DNA of 49,909 nucleotides from Meiothermus sp. (GTDB lineage Bacteria > Deinococcota > Deinococci > Deinococcales > Thermaceae), in assembly GCA_033762915.1 (NCBI GenBank), contig JANRLD010000116.1, positions 1-49,909 of the forward strand, written 5' to 3'. Shown one piece after another: positions 18,383 through 28,457 of the stretch. The notes beneath the pieces are model-generated. The model worked only from the letters and a program-made list of their open reading frames with translations, ran no database searches and was not told the origin of the DNA. The stretch's first letter is position 1; each line of letters starts with the position of its first letter. The translations under genes and the position numbers were made by a program.

Positions 18383-18400
18383 TGGGTTGGAGAGGTAACC

Positions 18401-18910
18401 ATGCCAAGAACATCTGCCGACGCCAGACCCAAAATCCTCGAGGCCGCCGGGATGGTCATCCGGCGCGACGGGGCGCTGGCCCTGACCCTCGAGGCCGTCG
18501 CAAAAGAAGCCGGGGTGAGCAAGGGCGGGCTGCTCTACCACTTCCCCAACAAGGACGCACTGCTGGGGGGGCTGCTCGAGTTCTACCTCGACGACTTCGA
18601 GCAGAGCCTGGAGCACAGTGGCCTGCCGTTCGCCGAGGCCTACGTTCGGCTGGGAAGCCACGACGGCTCGGGCGGGCTACTGCTGGGGATGATGACCGTG
18701 CTGGCGCTGAACCCGAGTTTGCTCGAGACCGTGCGCGAGCGCTGGCAGCGCTGGTATGGCCGCATCCCCCAGCATCCCGACACCGTGGTGGCGATGCTGG
18801 CGACGGACGGAATCTTTATGGCCGACATCCTCAAACTGGGTACGCCCGAGCCCGCGCTCAGGCAGAAGACCCTGCGGCGGATGCTCGAGTTGGCCCAGGG
18901 GGGTGCATGA
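18401..18910 (+). CDS. TetR/AcrR-family transcriptional regulator
   Basis: ILEAA..G..ALTLEAVAKEAGVSKGGLLYHFPNKDALL. Confidence 0.95.
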   Translation: MPRTSADARPKILEAAGMVIRRDGALALTLEAVAKEAGVSKGGLLYHFPNKDALLGGLLEFYLDDFEQSLEHSGLPFAEAYVRLGSHDGSGGLLLGMMTVLALNPSLLETVRERWQRWYGRIPQHPDTVVAMLATDGIFMADILKLGTPEPALRQKTLRRMLELAQGGA

Positions 18911-19230
18911 TGGCCTGGGTGCTGCTGATCTTGTCGGGGCTGTTCGAGGTGGTTTTCACCACGCTGATGAAGCTCTCGGACGGCTTTAAGAAGCCGCTGC
19001 CCACGGCAGGGTTCTTTGTCTTCGCCCCGTTGAGTCTGGGAATCCTAGCCTACGTGCTGCAGACCATCCCGGTCGGCACGGCCTACGCCGTCTGGACGGG
19101 AATCGGGGCCTTCGGGACCGCGCTGGTGGGAATCATCTTCTTCAACGACCCGGTCAGCCGGGGTCGCCTGTTCTTCTTAACTACGCTGATCCTTTCGGTA
19201 ATTGGGCTGCGTGTGTTTGGAGGTGAGTGA
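18907..19230 (+). CDS. SMR (SugE/Gdx-like) small multidrug exporter subunit 1
   Basis: MMAWVLLILSGLFEV..MKLSDGF..IPVGTAYAVWTGIG; ATGA overlap with tetR. Confidence 0.92.
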   Translation: MMAWVLLILSGLFEVVFTTLMKLSDGFKKPLPTAGFFVFAPLSLGILAYVLQTIPVGTAYAVWTGIGAFGTALVGIIFFNDPVSRGRLFFLTTLILSVIGLRVFGGE

Positions 19231-19595
19231 TGACGTGGCTGCGTTCTTCCAAGCTGGCCTGGCCTCTTCTGATTATCGCCGGCGTCTTTGAGGTGGGGTT
19301 CGCCACCAGCCTCAAGCTGTCGGAGAACTTTACCAACTGGCCTTGGGCGGTCAGTTTTTTCGTCTGTGCGACCATCAGCTTCGGGCTGCTGGTGATCGCC
19401 ACCAAGCACATCCCCTTGGGCACCGCCTACGCTGTCTGGACTGGGATTGGGGCATTTGGAACGGCGGTGGTGGGCATCCTATACTTCGGCGACCCAGCCA
19501 CCTTGGGCCGGGTCTTCTTCCTGGTTATGCTGATTGGTTCGGTGATTGGACTGAAACTGGTTTCACCCGAAAAGCCCGAAAAGGGAGCGGCGTGA
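19227..19595 (+). CDS. SMR (SugE/Gdx-like) small multidrug exporter subunit 2
   Basis: WPLLIIAGVFEVGFATSLKLSENF..IPLGTAYAVWTGIG. Confidence 0.92.
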   Translation: MMTWLRSSKLAWPLLIIAGVFEVGFATSLKLSENFTNWPWAVSFFVCATISFGLLVIATKHIPLGTAYAVWTGIGAFGTAVVGILYFGDPATLGRVFFLVMLIGSVIGLKLVSPEKPEKGAA

Positions 19596-19694
19596 ACGGC
19601 TGGGTCCTGCTGACGTGAACCGATGGTTTATCTTTATCCGCAGTGTTTCGTTTCGTGCCGGGTGGTGCCCCTTGATTGAGCCCCCTCGAGGGAG

Positions 19695-20528
19695 CTATTC
19701 CTCGCCCTTGGCAACCGGGCGGGTGGGGTCGGACACCCAATCGCTCCACGAGCCCGCGTAGAGTTTGGGCTTCGGGAGGCCCGCGACCTCCATCGCCAGC
19801 GCATTAGCCGCCGCCGAGACCCCCGAGCCGCAGTAAAGAATGACTTCATCGCCCAGCCCAGCGAAGCGCTCCCCCTGGGCCTCGGCAGACTTGAGGCGGC
19901 CCCCCTCGAGTCCGTCGGCCCAGTTGCGGTTGACCGCCCCGGGGATGTGGCCCGCCACCGGGTCGATCGGCTCAACTTCACCCCGGTAGCGTTCGGGGGC
20001 CCGGCTGTCCACCAACGTGCTGCCAGGCCGGCGACGCAAAACCTCTTCGGCGCTGAGCACCCAGTCTGTCTGGGGGCTGGGGACATACACCGCTGGCGCG
20101 TATTCGACTTCCAGGGTCTCCAGGGCCCCGCCCGCCGCCACCCAGCCCTTGATGCCCCCGTCCAGCACGGCCACGTTCTCATGCCCCAGCCAGCGCAGCA
20201 GCCACCACAGGCGCGGCGCGGTCATCCCGGTCTCGTCGTAGGCGATCACCCAGCTGACGTTGTCAATCCCGGCCTCGCCCAGGGTCGCCGCAAGGGCTTC
20301 AGGCGTGGGTAAAGGGTGACGGCCACCCTGGCGGTCGGGCTGCATCGGGCCGGAGAGATCGGTCTCGAGGTCGAGGAACATCGCCCCCGGCAGATGCCCC
20401 TCCCGGTAGGCCAGACGCCCCGCCAGGGGGTCGGACAGCGAATACCGACAGTCCACGATACGAAGCTTGGGGTTCGAACGGTTGGCCTCGAGCCATTGGG
20501 CACTGACGAGGGGGGCGGGGAGGGACAT
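19695..20528 (-). CDS. sseA: Tandem-rhodanese sulfurtransferase (3-mercaptopyruvate type)
   Basis: GHLPGA, GRHPLP, DSRAPERY, active loop YCGSGVSA, YAGSWSDW. Confidence 0.93.
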   Translation of the reverse strand: MSLPAPLVSAQWLEANRSNPKLRIVDCRYSLSDPLAGRLAYREGHLPGAMFLDLETDLSGPMQPDRQGGRHPLPTPEALAATLGEAGIDNVSWVIAYDETGMTAPRLWWLLRWLGHENVAVLDGGIKGWVAAGGALETLEVEYAPAVYVPSPQTDWVLSAEEVLRRRPGSTLVDSRAPERYRGEVEPIDPVAGHIPGAVNRNWADGLEGGRLKSAEAQGERFAGLGDEVILYCGSGVSAAANALAMEVAGLPKPKLYAGSWSDWVSDPTRPVAKGEE

Positions 20529-20612
20529 GGATGCTCAGGGTACAGGGAACTCGAAGAGGACAACAGTGAAACAGCTTCTTATCTCGGCGTGATGCTCCCG
20601 GTTTACGGCTTG

Positions 20613-21653
20613 CTACATCTTCTCCACAAAGCTCCGCAAGATCTGTGCCCCGACCCGCAGCGACTCTGGCTCAACCCACTCCTCGGGGGTGTGGGCTCCA
20701 CCACCCCTGTAAACGCCCAAGGTGATGGCGGGGATTCCGGCCTCGACGCCCGCCGAGGCGTCGGTGGAACCCGCGGTGAACTGGGCCTCGAGGCCCGCAT
20801 CGACGAAGGCCCGGCGGGCGGCGTCGAGCATTGCGCCGGTCACCGTCAAGCCGGCCGGGCGCTCGCCCAGAACCTCGAGCTCGAGCCGTACGCCGAAGCG
20901 GCGGGCGGCCTCCATCAGAATTGAGCGCACCTGCTCGACCATGCGGCCCAGCACCTGCGGCTCCAGAGCCCGCAAGTCCAGCTCGAAGCCCACCTCGCGG
21001 GGGATGGCGTTGATGGCCTCACCGCCCCACAGCTTGCCCACGTTGAGGCTGGTGTCGGCGGAACGCTCGAGAGCATACATCTGGGCCAGGGCCTGCCCCA
21101 ACGCCGGCACTGGCGAGGCCGCCTCGCGATCACCCCAAGCGTGGCCGCCGGCCGCCGTGAATCTAGCCCTCACGCGATGCGAGCCCGCCGAGCGGCTCAC
21201 CACCCCCGGCAAGTAGCCGTCTACGGCCACCACCCGTTTGGGCTGCAACTCCTTTACCAAGGCCCTCGCCCCACGCAGGTTGCCCAGCCCTTCTTCGCCC
21301 ACGCTGAAGGCCACCGTACAGCCGCGGTTGACCAGCATTGCCGCCAGCGATATCAGCACCGCCACGCCGCTCGAGTTGTCCCCCACCGCCGGGCCATACC
21401 AGCGGGTCTTCTCGCGGCGCAGGGGCCGGGGGGTGAGCACGGTGTCGATGTGGGCCACCACCAGGGTAGCCCCCAGCCCGGCCCACACGTTGCCCAGGTC
21501 GTCGAACTGCGGGCTTAGCCCCTGAGAGGCGAGTTTCGCCGCCACCCAGCGGCCCCGCGCCTGATCCCCCACGGTCTCCCCCACCTCGCCCAACAACTCG
21601 AGGGGGTCAAGGCCAATCTGAAAAGTGAAGTCGCTCATACGCTGAACAGACAT
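20613..21653 (-). CDS. M20/M25/M40 family metallohydrolase (start uncertain: 21653 or 21638)
   Basis: AHIDTV, GDNSSG, GEEGLG, GGHAW, NAIP, GSTD, AHTPEEW. Confidence 0.88.
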   Translation of the reverse strand: MSVQRMSDFTFQIGLDPLELLGEVGETVGDQARGRWVAAKLASQGLSPQFDDLGNVWAGLGATLVVAHIDTVLTPRPLRREKTRWYGPAVGDNSSGVAVLISLAAMLVNRGCTVAFSVGEEGLGNLRGARALVKELQPKRVVAVDGYLPGVVSRSAGSHRVRARFTAAGGHAWGDREAASPVPALGQALAQMYALERSADTSLNVGKLWGGEAINAIPREVGFELDLRALEPQVLGRMVEQVRSILMEAARRFGVRLELEVLGERPAGLTVTGAMLDAARRAFVDAGLEAQFTAGSTDASAGVEAGIPAITLGVYRGGGAHTPEEWVEPESLRVGAQILRSFVEKM

Positions 21654-22249
21654 CGTACTAGACCGGCGGGATTGCGAACAGGCGGGAGGTAGGAATTGAG
21701 CCGGTAGCAGAGCAGAGCGGCGGTGATGACTCAAGGCTCCCGGACTGCTGGTCTGGTGGTGCTTGATCCTTGGTGGAGCCTACAATCAAGTATGTCCGGC
21801 TAAACTGGGGGGTTTACCGTCCGGACATCACCCCTTCAGAGCATAAGGTGTCTGGCGGTTGAAACCTGGAAAGCAGTCCCGAATCGACCAAAAGGAACTG
21901 CGGCAGTGCTTTCCGCAGGGCTTGCACTGAGGCAAGTAGTTATGGCACTCGCCGGCCTTATGAAAACCCTTGCGCAACACAACGGAAAGAGCAGGGAAAG
22001 CGTTGTCGTAACAGGTTTGCAACTAGAAACCCTGTTTACGCCTGGTAAGGCGCTGTACCGAAACTGTAATGGGGTGACTCCCAGGCGGCATTTAGGGCTC
22101 AGGGTGTTGAACCGGGGAGCTGAGCACGGCGGCAGAGTTCACAATCCACCAGCCCCGCCCTCGAGCCCGTTCGACTCCGGCACAGTCAGGGTGTGCCGCT
22201 TACTGTTGCCGGTTTTCTCCTGCCCAAACTCCCAGCAGAACTCCCAGAC

Positions 22250-22900
22250 CTAATCCTCGCTTTTATCCGCCAGCCCCTCGCGCAGCGCGTAGAGCGCGGC
22301 CTGGGTGCGGTTGTTGAGGTGGAGCTTCTGAAAGATGTCAGACAAGCGGTTGCGGACGGTTTTTTCAGAGAGTCCGAGGTCGGCGGCGATCTCGAGGTTG
22401 GTGTGCCCCTGTGCCACCAGTTTCAATATCTGCACCTCGCGCTCGGAGAGTTCGGCGTGCTCCTTGGTGGTGGTCTCCTGCTTACTCTTAAAGTCCTGGA
22501 TGATGTTCTCGGCCATCTCGGCGTCGAGGAGCACCTCGCCGTGATAGACCTGGCGGATGGCCTCGAGCAGCTCTTTGGCGTCCGCATCCTTGAGCATGTA
22601 GCCGCGCGCACCCGCCTTGACCGCCTCGAACACGTAGTTGTCCTGGCGATACATGGTCAACATGATGACCCTGGCGGCCGGCCACTCTTTGAGAATCTCC
22701 TGGGTGGCCTGCACGCCGTCCAGACCGGGCATCTGGATATCCATCAAGATCACGTCGGGGTGGGCTTCGAGGGCGTGGCGCAGCGCGTCGCGCCCGTCCT
22801 TGGCCTCGCCCATCACCTTGAAGTCGGGCTCGGTCTCCAGCAGGCTCTTGAGCCCCTGGCGGAACAGGGCATGGTCGTCGGCGAGCAATATGCGAATCAT
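22250..22900 (-). CDS. NarL/LuxR-family response regulator (no kinase adjacent)
   Basis: [45 protein letters not shown]; leaderless (TAGACT 7 nt before ATG). Confidence 0.96.
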   Translation of the reverse strand: MIRILLADDHALFRQGLKSLLETEPDFKVMGEAKDGRDALRHALEAHPDVILMDIQMPGLDGVQATQEILKEWPAARVIMLTMYRQDNYVFEAVKAGARGYMLKDADAKELLEAIRQVYHGEVLLDAEMAENIIQDFKSKQETTTKEHAELSEREVQILKLVAQGHTNLEIAADLGLSEKTVRNRLSDIFQKLHLNNRTQAALYALREGLADKSED

Positions 22901-23003
22901 GTGCCATAGTCTAGCGGATTTCCAGACAAACTTGGGCCCATGGCAAAACCGCCCTTGTGCCCCGTTATGATTCACCTCGAACACCCTCGAGGAGGCCTGA
23001 CTT

Positions 23004-23864
23004 ATGGAGATGAAGACCCAGAAGGTAAAGGTTCCCGGCGGCGAGGTGGCAACCTACTCGTTCGGCGAAGGCCCGCTGACCGTCATGGTAGTCAGCGGCG
23101 GCCCTGGTGTGAGCTGTGACTACTTGCGCGAGAGCCACAGCCAGTACGCCACCGAAGGCTTCCGCCTGGTTGCCTGGGATCAGCTCGGCACCGGACAGTC
23201 CGACCGTCCCACCGACCCCGCGCTGTGGGAGATCCCCCGCTTTGTAGAGGAGATGGAGGCGGTACGCTCGGCGCTAGGGCTGGGCCGGGTTCACGTAATC
23301 GGCCACTCCTGGGGCGGGGTGCTGGGGCTGGAGTACGCCCTGGCCTACCCGCAGTACCTGGGGCGCTTCGTGATGGCCAATATCTCTGTTAACGTGCCCC
23401 TGATGAACCAGGGCTTCAAACAGTGCAAGCTGGCGCTGGGCCTCGAGACCGCCAAGATGATCGCCCTGCGCGAGAGCGAGGGTACCACCAGCCACCCCGA
23501 GTACCAGGCCGCTGCGACTCTGCTCACCTACCGCCACATCTGCCGCACCGAGATCCTGCCGGAGCCGGTGGCCAAGTCGCTGGGCGAGATCGGCCCTGCC
23601 TACCCGAAAATGTTCGGCCCCTTCCTGATGCACTGTACCGGCAGCCTGGCCACCTGGGATCGCACCGCCGACCTGCACCGCGTTGCGTCGCCGGTTCTGA
23701 TCGTCAGCGGCGAGCACGACTACATCCTGCCTGAGTACGCGGGCATCTCGCTCAACTACCTGCCCAACGCCCGCATGAAGATCTTCCGGGGCTGCGCCCA
23801 CATGCCCTTCTGGGAAGACCCGGCAGCCTACCACCGGGCGGTGCTCGAGTTCCTCCGAGCCTAG
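23004..23864 (+). CDS. Proline iminopeptidase-family (S33) hydrolase
   Basis: [33 protein letters not shown]. Confidence 0.9.
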   Translation: MEMKTQKVKVPGGEVATYSFGEGPLTVMVVSGGPGVSCDYLRESHSQYATEGFRLVAWDQLGTGQSDRPTDPALWEIPRFVEEMEAVRSALGLGRVHVIGHSWGGVLGLEYALAYPQYLGRFVMANISVNVPLMNQGFKQCKLALGLETAKMIALRESEGTTSHPEYQAAATLLTYRHICRTEILPEPVAKSLGEIGPAYPKMFGPFLMHCTGSLATWDRTADLHRVASPVLIVSGEHDYILPEYAGISLNYLPNARMKIFRGCAHMPFWEDPAAYHRAVLEFLRA

Positions 23865-23979
23865 CCCGTTGCCGAATCGGATTCGTCCACAGCCCATCTG
23901 GGCAGCGCTTTCTGCGAACGCCGTTCTCCGGCCCAGCTCTGGGGCCTAGAGACTATCACGGCGCGGTTATGATGCCCGC

Positions 23980-24870
23980 GTGAAGGCCGCCTCCACCCCC
24001 GCCCAGACCCCCCTCGGCCCGCTGTTGAGTCTGGTCGGCACCATGATCGTCTGGGGCTTCGTGGCGACCGGGATCAAGCTGCTGCTGCCCTACTTCTCGC
24101 TCGATGCACTCAACGGCTGGCGGCTGCTGCTGGCCTCGGGGCTGTTCGTGCTCACCCTCCTGATCCTGCGCTCCTGGCCCCGCCTCACGCCCCGCCAGTA
24201 CCTGCACATCGGGCTGGTCAGCTTTCTAGGCACTACCGCCTTCCAGATCACCTTCGTCAACGGGGTGGCCAACTCACCCGCCGGACTGGCGACCCTGGTC
24301 AGCTCGGTCAACCCGGTCTGGGTGGCGCTGTTCGGTCTGGTGGCCGGGGAGCGGCTGAGCGGGCTGCGTTGGCTGGGCATCGGACTCTCGGTGCTGGGGA
24401 TGGGGCTGATGAGCCTGAAAACCCTGGACGCCAGCAGCGGCGTAACCCTGGTGGGACTGGCCTGGCTACTCTCGTCCAACCTGGTCTGGGCACTGTACAC
24501 GGTGCTGCAACGCCCGCTGCTGCGCTTCGTGAGCCCCCTGCAGTTCAACGGCCTGGGCTACGCACTGGGAAGCCTGCCTTACCTGATCTTCGGGTTCCCA
24601 GCGATGCTCGAGGCCACCACCCAGCCCATCCCTGCGGCGGCGTGGCTGGGGCTGGCGGCGGTGGGGATCCTGGGGCAATACCTGGGCTTTGTGGGCTTCT
24701 CGAGGGGGGTGCAGGCGGTCGGGCCTACCCGGGCCGCGGTCTTTCTCAACCTGATTCCCATCGTAGGCCTCACGGTGGCCTTTGTGGTGCTGGGCGAGCC
24801 GATCACCTGGCTCACCGTGCTGGCCACCGCGGTCACGCTGGCCGGGGTGAGCCTGGCGAACTCGAGGTGA
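23980..24870 (+). CDS. EamA/DMT-family transporter
   Basis: About 10 TM helices, two EamA repeats, GERLS and LGEPIT; leaderless (TATGAT 6 nt before GTG). Confidence 0.9.
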   Translation: MKAASTPAQTPLGPLLSLVGTMIVWGFVATGIKLLLPYFSLDALNGWRLLLASGLFVLTLLILRSWPRLTPRQYLHIGLVSFLGTTAFQITFVNGVANSPAGLATLVSSVNPVWVALFGLVAGERLSGLRWLGIGLSVLGMGLMSLKTLDASSGVTLVGLAWLLSSNLVWALYTVLQRPLLRFVSPLQFNGLGYALGSLPYLIFGFPAMLEATTQPIPAAAWLGLAAVGILGQYLGFVGFSRGVQAVGPTRAAVFLNLIPIVGLTVAFVVLGEPITWLTVLATAVTLAGVSLANSR

Positions 24871-25334
24871 GGTGTGGGGGTCCCCTGTCTCGAGGGGCTA
24901 TGGTCGTTTTGGACCCCGGCCCCTTTCAGCCGACCTGGGACAACCATGTTTTCCCAGACCCCAGCGGAATGAACGCGGACATTCTAGGTTTACCGAGATC
25001 ACCTCGAGCAAAAATCCTTGGATTGGCCCGATAAGTTCGCCTTTCTGACCACCAGCACCGACGAGTTGCACGAGCGCAAGGCGGGCGACTCGAGAGGTTC
25101 GCACAGAGGTGTCGACAAACTCTTGGTGCTGGTGGGCTGTCTCGAGCCGTAGGCCAAACAACTGGTGCAACTTGCCCCAAAAACAATTTGTGCGACTCGT
25201 CGCGGACTCACTCGAGGGCAATCTCGCGGCAGTTCTCGTGGCGGCAAGCGCCCGAGTCGACCAAGGAAGCGCTCGTGGTCCTATGGCAATTGCCAACTGG
25301 CTCTTGTCCGCGCAGTTGGAATAAGCTAAGCGGC

Positions 25335-26513
25335 ATGACCCAGACCGCCCCCACCCGGCTTCGTCCAGAGTTCTTAGACGCGCTCAAGGAGGCCGCCAAG
25401 CGCTTCGAGACCCCCTTCTACGCCTACGACCTGGAGGCCATCCAGAGCCGGGTCGAGAAGATTCACGCAGCCTTCCCTCGAGCCCAGGTCTTTTACGCCA
25501 TGAAGGCCAACCCGCGCCTGGGGATTCTGCGGCGGCTGCGCGGATGGGGGGTGCGCCTCGAGGCGGTCAGCCTGGGCGAGACCCTGCGGGCCTACCGGGC
25601 CGGGTATGCGCCTACCGAAGTGCTGCTCAACGGTCCGGTTAAGACGGTGGGGGCGCTTGAGGAACTCAAGGGCAGCGGCGTCCCAGTGATCGGTCTGGAC
25701 TCGATTGCCGACACCGAGCGGGTGGGACGGGTGCTACCGGGTTCTAGGGTCGTCCTGCGCGTCAACCCCGACCTCCCCATCGCCACCCACGACCACCTCG
25801 CCACCGGGCGCGGCGAGAGCAAGTTCGGGATACTCCCCGAGCTTCTGGGCCAGGCCCTCGAGGTGGCACGTGCGGGAAGGCTCGAGGTGCTGGGCCTGCA
25901 CATCCACCTGGGTTCGGCCCTCTCCAGACCCGAGGACTACCACGCAGGCTACGAGGTGGTGCGCAGCCTGTACCGTCAATACGGCCCCTTTCCGGTGGTC
26001 AACCTGGGCGGCGGTTTCGGGCTTAACCTCGACCCTGCCGGTCTGGCTGCGCACGCCCAAAGTCTGGCCGACGAGTTCGGGGCCGAGTTGTGGCTCGAGC
26101 CGGGCCGCTACTTTGTGGCCGAGGCGGGTGTGGTGGTGAGCAAGATCTGGGGCACCAAACAGACCCGCCGCAACTTCGCGCTGGTTGACGCGGGCATGAT
26201 GACCCTGCTGCGCCCTATGCTCTACGGCGCACAGCATCCCGTGATTCCTTTGTATGAAGGCGGTCCCACCCAGACCTATGACCTTGCCGGCCCAGTGTGC
26301 GAGTCCGGCGACGTGCTGGCCCGCGACGTTAGCCTGCCCCAGCCCCAGGAGGGCGACGCCATCGCCGTCCTGCAGGCCGGGGCCTACGGCAGCAGCATGA
26401 GCAGCAACTACCTCGACTACCCGAGGCCGCTCGAGCTGCTCTGGACAGGCCAGGAGTGGGAAACCCTGCGCGCCAAGCAGAGCTGGGAGGGGGTGTTTGA
26501 GGGAGAGGTCTGA
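25335..26513 (+). CDS. lysA: Diaminopimelate decarboxylase (fold-type III PLP enzyme)
   Basis: TPFYAYD, YAMKAN, THDHLATG..SKFG, HIHLGS, EPGRY, GPVCESGD, GAYGSSMSSNY; leaderless (TAAGCT 7 nt before ATG). Confidence 0.9.
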   Translation: MTQTAPTRLRPEFLDALKEAAKRFETPFYAYDLEAIQSRVEKIHAAFPRAQVFYAMKANPRLGILRRLRGWGVRLEAVSLGETLRAYRAGYAPTEVLLNGPVKTVGALEELKGSGVPVIGLDSIADTERVGRVLPGSRVVLRVNPDLPIATHDHLATGRGESKFGILPELLGQALEVARAGRLEVLGLHIHLGSALSRPEDYHAGYEVVRSLYRQYGPFPVVNLGGGFGLNLDPAGLAAHAQSLADEFGAELWLEPGRYFVAEAGVVVSKIWGTKQTRRNFALVDAGMMTLLRPMLYGAQHPVIPLYEGGPTQTYDLAGPVCESGDVLARDVSLPQPQEGDAIAVLQAGAYGSSMSSNYLDYPRPLELLWTGQEWETLRAKQSWEGVFEGEV

Positions 26514-26589
26514 TGACGGAGCAGTGGCAAGCAAGGAGACCATCGGAAGGATTCGCCAGGAGTCCAGCGATTTCACCTCTCTTCTCCTG

Positions 26590-27474
26590 CTATCTCCGGG
26601 CCAGCGCCACCAGGCCCACGCTCAGCAGTATCACGGGGAGGGCAATCCAGGCGTAGAGGTCGATCGGCTCGGCAGCCAGGAAGGCGCCCAGCAACAGGGC
26701 GACCACCGGGTTGACGTAGGCGTAGCTGGTGGCCAGCGCGGGGCGTACGTTTTCCAGCAGGAACATGTAGGCGCTGTAGGCGATCACCGAGCCAAAGGAG
26801 ACCAGGTAGAGCCAGGCCAGCAGTGACGAGAGGCTGGGCACCTGAGCGAAGCGTTCGCCCAGCGCGAGTCCCATCGGGATCAGCACAACACCGCCCACCA
26901 GCATCTGGGTGGCCGGAGTCATCAGACCCTTGGGGAGGGCCAGGTGACGGCTCCAGACCGAGCCCAAGGCCCAGCACATGGGGGCGAACAGGATCAGAAA
27001 CAAGCCCAGCGGGTTGGAGCGCAGATTGCCCTCGAGGCTCAGCACCGCCACCCCGGCCACGCCCAACCCCATCCCCATCCACTCCAGCACCCGAGTTTTT
27101 TCGCCCCACAGCCTGCCCCACAGCCCCATCCATAGCGGCATGGTGGCCACGAAGGTCGCCGCCAGTCCCGAGGCCACCCCAAGGTGGGTTGCCAGCGAGA
27201 CCATCCCCATGCCGCCGCCCATCAGCAAGGCCCCCACGCGGGCCGACGCAGCCCATTCGGCCCGGCTGGGGTTGGCCACGCCGCTCAGCCGCAGCCAGCC
27301 GTACATCACCCCGCCCGCCACAATGAACCGAACCCCGGTCGCCAACAGCGGAGGCATGGTCTCGACCATGAACACAATCGCCAGATAGGTCGAGCCCCAA
27401 ACGAGGTATACCGTCAGGAGTGCCAGAAGTACGCGCCAGCGGTTCTCGAGGGGCTTGGGCAGGGTAGTTTGCAT
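26590..27474 (-). CDS. yedA: YedA-type EamA drug/metabolite exporter
   Basis: VYLVWGSTYLAI, SVIAYSAYMFLL..VRPALATSYAYVNPVVA. Confidence 0.9.
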   Translation of the reverse strand: MQTTLPKPLENRWRVLLALLTVYLVWGSTYLAIVFMVETMPPLLATGVRFIVAGGVMYGWLRLSGVANPSRAEWAASARVGALLMGGGMGMVSLATHLGVASGLAATFVATMPLWMGLWGRLWGEKTRVLEWMGMGLGVAGVAVLSLEGNLRSNPLGLFLILFAPMCWALGSVWSRHLALPKGLMTPATQMLVGGVVLIPMGLALGERFAQVPSLSSLLAWLYLVSFGSVIAYSAYMFLLENVRPALATSYAYVNPVVALLLGAFLAAEPIDLYAWIALPVILLSVGLVALARR

Positions 27475-27909
27475 GATAGGGGTTGAGGCGTGACCAGCCG
27501 GGCGGAGGGCGCTAAGGTTTGAAGTCCAGAAAGGAGCAGCGGCGAACCCGCAATGCAGAGAAAATCGGCCTCTGCTGGGTCTGTGGGGCCACTCGCCCGG
27601 CCGGCGCGGCTCTCTTCATCCTCTTGCGCCCACGGAGGTTGGCGGGGGCCAGGATAGGATCCGGAGAGAATGGTGCGGCTTGTGCATGGTGGGCACAAAA
27701 GATAACGCCCGAGCCAAAGCGTTGGAATGAACCCAGGGAGGATGTCTGGGTTTCCCTGCCTTGAGGAAAGCGCTGGCGTGGACAGGGCTTTGGCTCGGAC
27801 GGAGGCTAAGTCTCGAGGGATCAACCAAACGCCTCAAGACGCAAATAGAATATATGGTATACCATCTCCCTGTCTATACACCATTCGGCGAAGAGGTATA
27901 ATACCGAAC

Positions 27910-28395
27910 ATGGTTCAGCTAGATTCGATAGACCGGGCCATCCTCCTCGAGCTACAGCAGGAGTCACGGCTCTCCTACGCCGAGATCGGCAGCCGGGTTG
28001 GGCTCTCGCCCGCCGCCGTTCACGACCGCGTGAAAAAGCTCGAGAAAAAAGGGGTCATCAAGGCCTACAAGATTCAGGTCGACCCCGAGGCGCTGGGCCT
28101 TAAGCTTACGGCCTTCGTGGCGATTCGTTTGGACAACAACTCCACCGGCAAGGAGCTGGTTCCGGCCCTGGGGCAGTTCACCGAGATCGAGGAGATGCAC
28201 TCGGTGGCGGGCGAGACCGACGTGCTGCTGAAGGTGCGGGTAACCGACACCAAGGCCCTTGAGCGGCTCATCTATCGCATCAAGAACGTATCCGGGGTGG
28301 CCCGCATCACCTCCACCATCGTGCTCTCGACCGCCCTCGAAGACCGCCCCCTGGTGCCGGTTGAAGAGGAAGAAACCGCTCGAGTGCTGCGCTGA
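27910..28395 (+). CDS. Lrp/AsnC-family regulator, divergent from yedA
   Basis: LDSIDRAILLELQQESRLSYAEIGSRVGLS..RVKKLEKKGVI, VAGETDVLLKV; TATAAT at 27897-27902, leaderless. Confidence 0.95.
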   Translation: MVQLDSIDRAILLELQQESRLSYAEIGSRVGLSPAAVHDRVKKLEKKGVIKAYKIQVDPEALGLKLTAFVAIRLDNNSTGKELVPALGQFTEIEEMHSVAGETDVLLKVRVTDTKALERLIYRIKNVSGVARITSTIVLSTALEDRPLVPVEEEETARVLR

Positions 28396-28457
28396 AAATC
28401 GGCACACGGCGGGCGGCAGCGCCCAAGTTTTGACCCGACCGCTCCGCCCCGAGGCGT

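Noticed and set aside
24880..25334. Possible lysine riboswitch upstream of lysA (AGAGGTG)
   Set aside because: No recognisable five-way junction or kissing-loop elements, and lysA appears leaderless
27763..27775. GAGGAAAG resembling the RNase P RNA conserved motif
   Set aside because: Not followed by TCC, and no matching 3' conserved region is present
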